Assembly (NCBI GenBank): GCA_964433975.1
Contig: CAYSSS010000001.1
Coordinates: 78,257-142,256 of the forward strand
DNA length: 64,000 bases
From: an uncultured Planctomycetia bacterium
GTDB lineage: Bacteria; Omnitrophota; Gorgyraeia; 2-01-FULL-45-10
Reading direction: 5' to 3'
Shown: positions 55,746 to 64,000 of the stretch, piece by piece
How the letters are laid out: the number at the start of each line of letters is the position of its first letter
Numbering within the stretch: the first letter of the stretch is position 1
Notes under the pieces: model-generated
Told to the model about the DNA's origin: nothing
Seen by the model: the letters and a program-made list of their open reading frames with translations, nothing else
Databases searched by the model: none
Translations under genes and position numbers: made by a program

Positions 55746-57306
55746 TCAAGGCTCATGCGCCGTAGCAATAGCCGTATTTTTTATATCGCTGTACTCTCTA
55801 TTCTGTATAGGCCATTACGGTGGTGACGGTTACGAGGATTTTCTGACGGCCAAAAGTATTGTGCTGCATCGTAGTCTGGCGCTCGGCGGCGGCCCTGATA
55901 GCGTCGGGCATGGCGATATGGACGAGTTAAATTATAAAAAAGACGCAGGAATAGAAGGACGGGATGGAAGAAAGTACAGCTCACGGGGAGGCCTTATAAT
56001 TCCGGCAATACTCTCCTTCTTTTATCTCGCGGGGCATGTCGTGTCCGGATTTTTCAAGAATATACCGCATGACTTTATAACGATCTTCTTTGTTTCGTTT
56101 TCAAACCCTGTTATTTCCGCCGTCAACTGCTTATTAATATTTCTTATTTCTTTGGGTCTCTCTTTTTCAAGGCGTACATCTATAGCGTTGACCATGATAT
56201 ACGGCCTCGCTACGATGGTGCCGGTATATTCAAGGACGGGATTCGGAGAGCCGGCAATGACATTATTCATTCTTCTGGCGGTATATTTTGCCTTAAGGTT
56301 TCAAAATACTGCTAAAATAGGATATCTCGCCGCCGCAGGCGCCGCGATAGGGCTAGCCGTTTTTACAAGATCAACGGCTATAATATTTTTACCGGCTCTT
56401 ATTTTTTATATCGGATGGATTATATTGTCAGGCAGGAAAGAGAGGGGAGGCCTCCTTAAAGAAATGGCGACGTTTGCTGTGCCATTGCTTGTTATTCTGG
56501 TCGCGGTAATCGGATGCAATTATTTCATATACGGGAAGATACTGAAGTTTGGCGGCAGGGAGGCGTTAGGCGTTACGGGACGCGTCATGGAAGCGCCTCA
56601 TCTTTTAAAAGGTTTGTACTATTATCTATTCAGCACGGGTAAAGGTTTTTTCCTGTTCAATCTTCCGCTGGTACTTTCATTCGCCGGGTTATTATTGGTA
56701 CCTTTAAAGAGAAAAAAAGAGGCGGCGCTTTTTATCCTGATATTTATCTGCAACCTTCTATTCTTCAGCATGTCCTTCAGGCGGGGGTCTCTTTTCGCGT
56801 GGGGCCCAAGGTATCTTTATCCTTCGGTTGCCGCGCTTGTGCTTTTGGCGGGATTTTTTATCGACAACAATAGAAGTCTTAAAGGCAAATTAAGTACGGC
56901 CGTTCTTTCTATAGTGGGATTTTTGATCATGGCGCCCTGCATGTTTATCAATCAATCGAAGTTCTATTTTTTTGTTAAGGAAAAGCTTAATCTGCCGGAA
57001 TATATGATCAACTTTATCCCGGATCTTTCGCCCATTCTTGGCGCATGGAAGATGTTTATATCGCGCCTGGTTTTTATCGCGAAGGGCGTGGAAGCGCCTT
57101 TCATATACAATCCTGATTACAGGCTCGTATCTCCGATAAGCGCCAGCATGGCCGAATATAATGATTTCGATTTTTGGTTTACTAAGGTGTTCTATTACAA
57201 TAGCGAATACGCTCCCGCGGTATATGGAGCTGTGTTCGCGCTTACGGCTGCAGCGTTAATATCGCTTGCCTTTATTTTAAGAGAAGCGCGCAAGAGGAGC
57301 GTTTAA
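55738..57306 (+). CDS. GT-C fold membrane glycosyltransferase-like protein (ArnT/PMT_2-like).
   Basis: 522 aa polytopic. The first loop has an acidic GDGYED motif after TM1. Confidence 0.5.
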   Translation: MNNQGSCAVAIAVFFISLYSLFCIGHYGGDGYEDFLTAKSIVLHRSLALGGGPDSVGHGDMDELNYKKDAGIEGRDGRKYSSRGGLIIPAILSFFYLAGHVVSGFFKNIPHDFITIFFVSFSNPVISAVNCLLIFLISLGLSFSRRTSIALTMIYGLATMVPVYSRTGFGEPAMTLFILLAVYFALRFQNTAKIGYLAAAGAAIGLAVFTRSTAIIFLPALIFYIGWIILSGRKERGGLLKEMATFAVPLLVILVAVIGCNYFIYGKILKFGGREALGVTGRVMEAPHLLKGLYYYLFSTGKGFFLFNLPLVLSFAGLLLVPLKRKKEAALFILIFICNLLFFSMSFRRGSLFAWGPRYLYPSVAALVLLAGFFIDNNRSLKGKLSTAVLSIVGFLIMAPCMFINQSKFYFFVKEKLNLPEYMINFIPDLSPILGAWKMFISRLVFIAKGVEAPFIYNPDYRLVSPISASMAEYNDFDFWFTKVFYYNSEYAPAVYGAVFALTAAALISLAFILREARKRSV

Positions 57307-57312
57307 ATATAG

Positions 57313-58923
57313 ATGGACGAACTCGTCAATATACAGGTTGGCCTATTAGGCAGGTCGTTTGAGATCTCTTCTATGCTCAAACAAGAGGGCGTTCCGTATT
57401 TTGAGCACGACCCCAGGGTGTCCGGTAGCCTGGATGGCATCGGGTCTATGCTTATCATAGACAAGGTGACCGGCCGCGATACTGAGTTATTGAAAGTCTA
57501 TCTGCGCAAAAAGGGCGCGATCATATGCGATGTTCTGAACAAGGAGTTAATATCCGCTCTTTGCGCTAAAAGGCTGGATCGCGGCGATAACGCACATGAT
57601 GAGTGCATCGAGCTTTACGAATCAGGGGGCGGCCATGTTATATATGTAAGCAAATATCTGCGTAGGTCGGCCGGGGACAGGAACGCTGTCGTTAAAGAGT
57701 TTTACACATCAGCCGGGATAGTAAGGGAAAGAGTGGCGTTGTTTCCCGGGTATAGAGACAGGGATATTCTGTCGCGCGCTCTGATGATGTCGTTTCACGT
57801 GCGTGGCCTGCCATTCGTCAGGCTATGGTATTATCCCAAAAGCTGCAAGTCCGTCTTTAATTTTCGGTTTGATCTGGACGAAGATACCGGCAATGACCTG
57901 GAACATATAGCGGAGGCCTCGAAAGAATTCAAAGATTGCACGACGTGGTTTGTCTCATGCGCGTCTTTCGAAAAGAATGCTCACAAAATAAAGAGGCTGA
58001 TCGATGACGGGTTTGATGTGCAATCGCATGGCTACTACCATCACACTTACGGTGACAGAAGTCAGAATGAATTAAATATAAGAAAATCGATAGATTATAT
58101 TGCCGGCCTTAGCGGGTTGGTCGAGGGCTTTGCCGCGCCCATGGGAAGATGGAACGAAGGCCTTCAGCTTGTACTGGAAAGGCTTGGGCTTCTATATAGT
58201 TCCGAGTTCTCGCTCGATTACGATGATTTGCCGTTTTATCCTGTATTGCATGGCAGGCCTTCAAGTGTATTGCAGATACCCATCCACCCTATATGCTGGG
58301 GCATTTATAAGGATGCCGGAATAGGGGATGACAATGCCATAAAAGAATACATGCAGAAAGTCATAATTAACAAACATTATGCCCGGTTGCCAGTGCTTAT
58401 TTACGGGCATCCGAGCGAAAGTATAGGCAAGAACCCTGCTTTGTTAAAGGCGATATATAAAACAGCCGGTTCTCTGTCAGATGTAAGTCGGGTGAGGTTG
58501 TCCGATCTGGCGAAATGGTGGCGCAACAGAGATAAGGTAAGATTTAAGGACGTTGTATTCAATGCCTCTAAAAAGACAATCAGCTATGCTATCAAAGGGG
58601 GCACCCATATTTCAGATCTTTGTCTCAATATACAGATAAAACCGGATAAAGTATCCTATCATAGTATTGCCGGGCCTTGCGGTGAAATATGTCTGGACGG
58701 GCTTAAATATGAAGAGATACGCAATCTCAAGGCGGATCCGGACCTGTATAGAGAGGCTGTCTGTAAGAAAAGTCGGCTGAAGAGGCTGAAAGAAGGCGTC
58801 GTTGCCATGCTCGACTGGGAAGAGTGCACACCATTAGGCGAAATAAAAAGAAATTCAATAGCGTCTAATCTAAAGTATGTGCTTAGAAGATGCGGTTTTG
58901 ATAAAGTAAAATTAAACGTCTAG
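57313..58923 (+). CDS. Polysaccharide deacetylase-like (NodB/CE4 homology) protein with N- and C-terminal extensions.
   Basis: NodB-like motifs: FRFDLDED (as TFDDG), SHGYYHH (as H-S/T-x-x-H) and AAPMGRW (as R-P-P-x-G). Confidence 0.55.
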   Translation: MDELVNIQVGLLGRSFEISSMLKQEGVPYFEHDPRVSGSLDGIGSMLIIDKVTGRDTELLKVYLRKKGAIICDVLNKELISALCAKRLDRGDNAHDECIELYESGGGHVIYVSKYLRRSAGDRNAVVKEFYTSAGIVRERVALFPGYRDRDILSRALMMSFHVRGLPFVRLWYYPKSCKSVFNFRFDLDEDTGNDLEHIAEASKEFKDCTTWFVSCASFEKNAHKIKRLIDDGFDVQSHGYYHHTYGDRSQNELNIRKSIDYIAGLSGLVEGFAAPMGRWNEGLQLVLERLGLLYSSEFSLDYDDLPFYPVLHGRPSSVLQIPIHPICWGIYKDAGIGDDNAIKEYMQKVIINKHYARLPVLIYGHPSESIGKNPALLKAIYKTAGSLSDVSRVRLSDLAKWWRNRDKVRFKDVVFNASKKTISYAIKGGTHISDLCLNIQIKPDKVSYHSIAGPCGEICLDGLKYEEIRNLKADPDLYREAVCKKSRLKRLKEGVVAMLDWEECTPLGEIKRNSIASNLKYVLRRCGFDKVKLNV

Positions 58924-58940
58924 AGCGCGGGAGCCGGAAG

Positions 58941-60839
58941 ATGAAAGAGATTGCCGATAAATTTATCGCGTTGGCCGCGAACAAAAAAAAGAACGAAGAA
59001 GCGAGGTCGTTTTTTTTGAAAGAGATAGAAGGCGAATATAATCCGCTTCTATGGAAATGTTATATATCCCATATGACAGAAAAAAGGGATAGATTTAAAA
59101 AGAAGGAGCGAATAGCTCTTCTCGGCTCATCCAACATAACGCCCGTAAAGAACATGTTGCGGTCGGTTTTTGACGCGAATAAGATCTCGACAGATTACTT
59201 CGTAGGGGAATATGGCAATTATCTTCAGGAGCTGATGCTGGATGGGTCGAAGCTCTATTCGTTTAATCCCACGATGACGATCATCCTGCTTAGCCTTCCA
59301 GATATCATGCCGTCAGTTTATGAATATCCCTTTTCGCATAACAAGAAGAGCGTTGACGATCTGCTGGCGAAGCTGTCCCGGGACTTGAGGACGGCTCTGG
59401 GCAAATATTCTTCCGCTCTTGCGAAGAACACCACTTATGTGGCCATTGTCCCATCTTATGAGGAGCCGTGCAACTACGTCTACTCTCCCGGGAGTTCGTT
59501 CAAAAGCGATAACTACTTAATGAAACTGCAGGATGCCGTTGAAAGTCTGGAGAAAGAAAAGAATAACATTGTGATGATGAATGGCAGAAGATGCGTCAGC
59601 AAGCATCCGGCCCGCAGGATCGAGGACAAGCGATACTGGTACCTTGGGAGGATCCGCTATACGGACCTATTCTTCTCTGAGGTCGCCAAAGAACTCATGG
59701 GGCTCTACAGGATCATCAATACGCCCTCAAAAAAATGTTTAATACTGGACCTCGATAATACACTGTGGGGGGGAGTGATAGGACAAGACGGCTTTGAGAA
59801 TATAGAGCTTGGCCAGGATGGCATCGGCAGGGCATATCAGGACTTTCAAAGAGAGGCCTTAAAATTGCACAAAAAAGGGATTATACTCGCGATCTGCAGT
59901 AAAAATAACGAATCGGACGCTATGGAATTCTTTAAAACGCACACGGAGATGATACTGAAGCCGGAGCATTTCGCGGCAAAGCGGATAAACTGGAGTGACA
60001 AGGCCTCCAACATAAAAGATATCGCCAGGGAGATCAATATCGGGCTGGACTCCGTGGTCTTTTTTGACGATGATCCGGCGGAGAGAAAGTGGGTGAGGGA
60101 TAGCCTGCCGCAGGTCACCGTTCCGGAGCCACCGCAGGATCAATTTTTATACGCTGAATTTCTAAAAAACTCCGAATGGTTTAAGTCCTATAAGCTTAGC
60201 GAGGAGGACCTTTCCAGAAATATTACTTATGAAGCTATTGCCAGAACGAAAGGCCTGAAAAGTTCCTCGAGTAACGAAGGCGCCTTCTTAAAGAGCCTCG
60301 CTCAATCCTTGACAATTGAACGTGTTGATGCGTCAACGGTTTCGAGAGCCGTTCAGCTTTGCCAAAAGACGAACCAATTTAACCTGACCACCAGGAGATA
60401 TCAGTTGGCGGATATTAAGGATGTTATGTCTTACAAACTTAATCATGTCTATACGATAAGGGCCAAAGACTGTTTTTGTGACTACGGTATCGTCGGCGTC
60501 TTGATCCTGAAGGGGCAGGCCTCAGACAGGTCTCTAACGATAGACACGTTTCTATTGAGCTGCAGGATCATAGGGAGAAAGATAGAGAACGTTCTATTGG
60601 ACTGGGTTAAGAGCAAGGCCAAGGCCGAAGGATACGCCAGGTTATACGGCGTATATTCAAAAACAGAAAAAAATGCCGTTTGCGCAAATATCTATAAGGA
60701 CAGCGGCTTCACTGTCGTCTACAGGCGCGGTAGAGATATTAAATACGAATGCTCCCTTGATAAAAGATTGGGGCTTTATCCGTTTGGGAAATTCGTCAAA
60801 GTAGAACTGAAGAAGAGTAGAGATGGAAAAAAAACTTAA
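58941..60839 (+). CDS. FkbH-like HAD-superfamily (subfamily IIIC) phosphatase / acyl-ACP-forming enzyme.
   Basis: LILDLDNTLWGGVIGQDG (the DxDxT HAD motif I) and ...VFFDDDPAE (motif IV). A C-terminal domain is present. It is immediately followed by an ACP gene. Confidence 0.75.
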   Translation: MKEIADKFIALAANKKKNEEARSFFLKEIEGEYNPLLWKCYISHMTEKRDRFKKKERIALLGSSNITPVKNMLRSVFDANKISTDYFVGEYGNYLQELMLDGSKLYSFNPTMTIILLSLPDIMPSVYEYPFSHNKKSVDDLLAKLSRDLRTALGKYSSALAKNTTYVAIVPSYEEPCNYVYSPGSSFKSDNYLMKLQDAVESLEKEKNNIVMMNGRRCVSKHPARRIEDKRYWYLGRIRYTDLFFSEVAKELMGLYRIINTPSKKCLILDLDNTLWGGVIGQDGFENIELGQDGIGRAYQDFQREALKLHKKGIILAICSKNNESDAMEFFKTHTEMILKPEHFAAKRINWSDKASNIKDIAREINIGLDSVVFFDDDPAERKWVRDSLPQVTVPEPPQDQFLYAEFLKNSEWFKSYKLSEEDLSRNITYEAIARTKGLKSSSSNEGAFLKSLAQSLTIERVDASTVSRAVQLCQKTNQFNLTTRRYQLADIKDVMSYKLNHVYTIRAKDCFCDYGIVGVLILKGQASDRSLTIDTFLLSCRIIGRKIENVLLDWVKSKAKAEGYARLYGVYSKTEKNAVCANIYKDSGFTVVYRRGRDIKYECSLDKRLGLYPFGKFVKVELKKSRDGKKT

Positions 60840-61062
60840 ATTTCTGATAGCGAACTGCTGCCAGATAGAGCCATCGGATGTGGGAGACGATGCCGGTGTA
60901 AATGCCACACCTAACTGGGATTCTTTCGGGCACCTTCAGATAATGGTATGTGTCGAGCAGGAGTTTGGCGTCGTATTGGATACAAAGACCATAGCGCAGC
61001 TGACATCGTATAAAGATATTATCAGATACTTGAAAGCGACCAGGAAGAAGAATGGAAAGTAG
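60823..61062 (+). CDS. Acyl carrier protein.
   Basis: 79 aa. The phosphopantetheine attachment motif is WDSFGHLQIMV (DS). Confidence 0.75.
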   Translation: MEKKLKFLIANCCQIEPSDVGDDAGVNATPNWDSFGHLQIMVCVEQEFGVVLDTKTIAQLTSYKDIIRYLKATRKKNGK

Positions 61063-62176
61063 TGTAAGGATTCGTGGTTATGAGGCGCAGGACAAAGGCG
61101 CGGTATTCTCCCTTCTGTCCTCGTTTTACGCCAACATGGATAGCGAGGCAAGCTGGGAGCGCCTTTATATGGACAATCCATCCGGCAGGGCAATAATATC
61201 CGTAGTTCAAGAGCCGCTTAAAAAAAATATAATCGGCCACTATTCCGTGATAAAAATGCCAATGACCGTATTTGGCAAAGAACGCATGGGGGGTAAAGGG
61301 GAAGGAGAGATAGTCGACTTTTCCGTAGTTAAGCAGCTGCTGCGCGACAGAAGCATACCGAATCGCTCTTTTTCCGCGGAGTTATTGAGTCACACCGTTA
61401 TGGAGTCGCTCAATGAAGGACTGAAGCTTATATGTACAAATCCCAGCAACTTGGCCCTTAAATCACATCTGGAGGCGGGATTTAAGGCCATCAAGCAAAG
61501 ATTCGACATATTCATATTCGTATTAAGCGCGAAATATTTTGCGCATCTACTGTCAGAAAAGTCCCGGTTAAAAGTTCTTAGCGCCGCAGCAGGTTTTGCT
61601 TTATGCGCAATATATAAATTATTCCACGCGATCACTATCCTGTATTACAGAGACAGTTCTATATCTCTTGAGCCATTCGAATCATTTGGCGATGTGACGG
61701 ATGAGCTGTACGAAAAGTTTTCCAGGAGCTATACGTTCATAGCTATAGAAAGAAAGCGCGCCCATCTGAACTGGAGGTTTGGCGCGAATGAGTACAGCAA
61801 ATTCATAATAAAGATCGGTGAAGAAGCGGTCGGCTACATGGTCCTGCATATATTTGTAAATCCTAACGGCTTTAAAGAAGCTAATATCGTGGACTATATC
61901 CTGCTGCCGCGATCCTGGGGCAAGTTCGCGGCGATCGTCGTGGAGGCGCTGAGAATCGCGAGGAAAAACAGCTGCGATTTTATAAGATTAAATTATATGT
62001 ACGACATGAAAGAAAAGTTTATGCTTTCAAAGCTTATAAAGAAGCTTCGTTTTATCGGCCGGGAAGATAAGAGAAATATCGTCGTATTCTTATCACCGGA
62101 GCTTAAGCAATTGGAAGCGAAGATTCTGGATGTGGATAATTGGTATTTTACGGACCTGTATTTTGAGAACTACTGA
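61052..62176 (+). CDS. Putative acyltransferase (GNAT / FemAB-like fold).
   Basis: 374 aa with no TM helices. Its position after the FkbH-like and ACP genes suggests an acyl-transfer role. I did not identify a definitive motif. Confidence 0.3.
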   Translation: MESSVRIRGYEAQDKGAVFSLLSSFYANMDSEASWERLYMDNPSGRAIISVVQEPLKKNIIGHYSVIKMPMTVFGKERMGGKGEGEIVDFSVVKQLLRDRSIPNRSFSAELLSHTVMESLNEGLKLICTNPSNLALKSHLEAGFKAIKQRFDIFIFVLSAKYFAHLLSEKSRLKVLSAAAGFALCAIYKLFHAITILYYRDSSISLEPFESFGDVTDELYEKFSRSYTFIAIERKRAHLNWRFGANEYSKFIIKIGEEAVGYMVLHIFVNPNGFKEANIVDYILLPRSWGKFAAIVVEALRIARKNSCDFIRLNYMYDMKEKFMLSKLIKKLRFIGREDKRNIVVFLSPELKQLEAKILDVDNWYFTDLYFENY

Positions 62177-62178
62177 AA

Positions 62179-63141
62179 ATGGATAAGAAAAAAGTAAATA
62201 TAATAGTATTGAATTATAACGGGAGGCAGCTTCTCGAAAAATATATACCGTCGATCATCGAGGCAGGGAGACACTCCGATCATCTTTGCAGGGTTTCGGT
62301 GGTAGATAATAAAAGCACGGACGGCAGCGCAGAGTTTCTAAAAGCAAATTATAATGGCCTCGATGTTTATGAGGCCAAAGAAAACAGGGTGCTGTGTTCG
62401 CAGAACGACTATCTCTCTTCCATCGATGACGATATTGTTATATTTCTTAATAATGACATCAGGGTTGACCGCAATTTTGTAGATCCTTTAATTGGCCATT
62501 TTCATGACGAGAACCTGCTATTCGTAGCTCCAAAAGAACTGAGCCCGGAAGGTAAATATCAGGGAAATCTTAATAAGCTGTCATTCAGGCTCGGGCTTAT
62601 TTCTACCTCGGTCATGAGAGAAGGACGGGATAGCGTACAATATGACAGCTCGATAGGGGGCGGCGCGTTTGACAGAAAAAAGCTCGTGTATTTAGGCGGT
62701 TTTGACGATCTGTACCTACCCGGAATATTTGAGGACCTGGATGTGTGCTATCGAGGCTGGAAGCATGACTGGAAAGGGATATACGAGCCGGCAAGTTTTT
62801 ATTACCACGAGCAGGGGACAAGCTTCAGGGCAAAATACGGCGACGAGGGAAAGGCGATACTTGCCCACAGAAACGCATTCTTGTTTTTCTGGAAAAATGT
62901 GACGTCCAAGAGGATGCTTTTTATCCACATAATGTTTATACCTGTTTTATTGGCATGGAATCTTTTGAGGGGCAGAACGCTTTTTATAAAGGGTTTTTTT
63001 CAGGCGCTTGACAAATTAGGAATAGCTATAAATAAAAGGGCTTCGGTAAAAAAACAATTTCGCATCACGGATGAAGAGGTGTTACGAAGGCCGCGGATGC
63101 CGTATCAGATCATTACTGATCCGCCGCATACGAGCATCTGA
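62179..63141 (+). CDS. GT2-family glycosyltransferase (GT-A fold).
   Basis: VNIIVLNYNGRQLLEKYIPSI...VVDNKSTDGS...DDDIVIFLNNDIRVD (DxD). Confidence 0.8.
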   Translation: MDKKKVNIIVLNYNGRQLLEKYIPSIIEAGRHSDHLCRVSVVDNKSTDGSAEFLKANYNGLDVYEAKENRVLCSQNDYLSSIDDDIVIFLNNDIRVDRNFVDPLIGHFHDENLLFVAPKELSPEGKYQGNLNKLSFRLGLISTSVMREGRDSVQYDSSIGGGAFDRKKLVYLGGFDDLYLPGIFEDLDVCYRGWKHDWKGIYEPASFYYHEQGTSFRAKYGDEGKAILAHRNAFLFFWKNVTSKRMLFIHIMFIPVLLAWNLLRGRTLFIKGFFQALDKLGIAINKRASVKKQFRITDEEVLRRPRMPYQIITDPPHTSI

Positions 63142-63887
63142 TTGCCTATGACATAATCTGTGTAGTGCGACGCCATTACAAGTACTGTCTTGGCGATGTC
63201 TATGGGCTCGGCGTTCCTTTTTTGTGGAACTTCGGTTGCCAGTTTGCTCTTTAGCCAGGCAGGTATGTGCGCGCCCAGATCGGTCTCTGTTAAACCCGGC
63301 GATACAACATTGAAAAATATGTTCTTGGAGGCATACTCCACAGCAAGCGCTCTGGTAAATCCTAACAACGCGGTCTTGGCTGTGACGTATTTGGTAAATC
63401 CGGGAGGCGGCGTGCTGTTCGAATAGACGGTTGTAATATTTATTATCTTCCCATATCCGTTCTTTAACATTATTGGTAGTACGGCTTTTGTGGTATTAAA
63501 GGCGCCCTTTAAGGCGACATCGATGTCTTTTTGCATGTCATCCCACTCTATTTTTTCGAACGGGACAGGCAATGCGTCGCTCATGGCGTTATTGACTATG
63601 ATGTCTATCTTTCCGAATTTTTGGACGACTTTTTTTATCATTGCGTTGACATCGGATATTCTTCCGACATCGGCTTTTATTGCAATGGCTCTTTTCCGGC
63701 AGCTCTTTATATCAGCGACCACATTTACAGCGTCTTTTTCGCCGTGGTTATAGTTGACTATAACGGTGGCTCCGTGGGACGCGAAGAGTTTTGCAGTTGC
63801 GGCGCCTATGCCGCGGCTTGCGCCGGTAACAAGTACTATTTTGCCGCTAAAGTCGATACCGTGAGTCATTTTTTTTATATCGCTCAT
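63105..63887 (-). CDS. Short-chain dehydrogenase/reductase, FabG-like (3-oxoacyl-ACP reductase family).
   Basis: KIVLVTGASRGIGAATAKLFASHGATV, ...NNAM..., and the Y-x-x-x-K catalytic motif at YVTAKTA. The track extends the ORF to 63983, but the internal Met (MSDIKK) at 63887 is the more plausible start. This is the only − strand gene. Its 3' end overlaps the GT2 gene convergently. Confidence 0.7.
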   Translation of the reverse strand: MSDIKKMTHGIDFSGKIVLVTGASRGIGAATAKLFASHGATVIVNYNHGEKDAVNVVADIKSCRKRAIAIKADVGRISDVNAMIKKVVQKFGKIDIIVNNAMSDALPVPFEKIEWDDMQKDIDVALKGAFNTTKAVLPIMLKNGYGKIINITTVYSNSTPPPGFTKYVTAKTALLGFTRALAVEYASKNIFFNVVSPGLTETDLGAHIPAWLKSKLATEVPQKRNAEPIDIAKTVLVMASHYTDYVIGNQMLVCGGSVMI

Positions 63888-64000
63888 GTCTATCCCTTTC
63901 TTTGGAGGAGGGTTTACCATGACAGTGATAGTTCCGTCAGTCACGGTTTCGCCTCTTTGGTTTGTTATAGAAATATTCAGCACGATCTTGCCTAAAAGTG

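Noticed and set aside
63190-63995. + strand ORFs (63190-63426, 63490-63753, 63531-63995) at the 3' end.
   Set aside because: They overlap the well-supported − strand FabG-like SDR gene. The 154 aa ORF has low-complexity composition and no motifs.
1-64000. CRISPR arrays, tRNA/rRNA genes and a toxin-antitoxin or restriction-modification defence island.
   Set aside because: There are no regularly spaced direct repeats and no tRNA-like or rRNA-like sequence. The methyltransferases present are small-molecule FkbM/class I types embedded in sugar pathways, not DNA methyltransferases.

Overview
This 64 kb window is AT-rich, and a single co-directional cell-surface glycan biosynthesis and decoration locus fills almost all of it. 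I call about 56 genes on the + strand and one convergent gene on the − strand at the 3' end. Most neighbouring genes overlap at their start and stop codons, which indicates translational coupling. There are only two sizeable intergenic gaps, near 25.6 kb and 26.6 kb. I see no rRNA, tRNA, CRISPR array, integrase or transposase.

What I can read from the sequence, in order:
- A priming module: the tail of a PglC/WbaP-like phosphotransferase, a PglF/CapD-like membrane dehydratase and a Wzy_C/O-antigen-ligase-like protein.
- A papain-like C1 cysteine peptidase.
- A carbamoyltransferase interrupted by a frameshift at an A9 homopolymer.
- Five ArnT/PMT_2-like GT-C membrane glycosyltransferases, plus one YfhO-like and one DUF2029-like, interleaved with four DPM1/GtrB-like polyprenyl-phosphate sugar synthases (GT2).
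- Four B12-binding radical SAM enzymes, two of them followed by FkbM-family methyltransferases.
- A GDP-mannose dehydratase with a cupin protein and a DegT aminotransferase.
- A complete legionaminic/pseudaminic-type nonulosonic acid pathway with an acetamidino-forming module (fused HisF-HisH plus a PP-loop amidotransferase), then two unknown TagF/KpsS-like paralogs flanking a Wzx-like flippase.
- An HpcH-type pyruvate aldolase grouped with KdsB, a GmhA-like SIS isomerase, two dehydrogenases and an IMPase-like phosphatase.
- GT4 and GT2 glycosyltransferases and class I methyltransferases.
- A divergent RtcB-family ligase homolog immediately followed by a thymidylate-kinase-like P-loop kinase.
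- An FkbH-like HAD-IIIC protein, an acyl carrier protein, a GNAT/Fem-like protein and a FabG-like reductase, which together look like an acylation module.
- A roughly 50–70 bp hairpin repeat inserted in-frame, at homologous positions, into two paralogous GT-C genes.

These product calls rest on motifs I recognised by eye in the translations, not on database searches.
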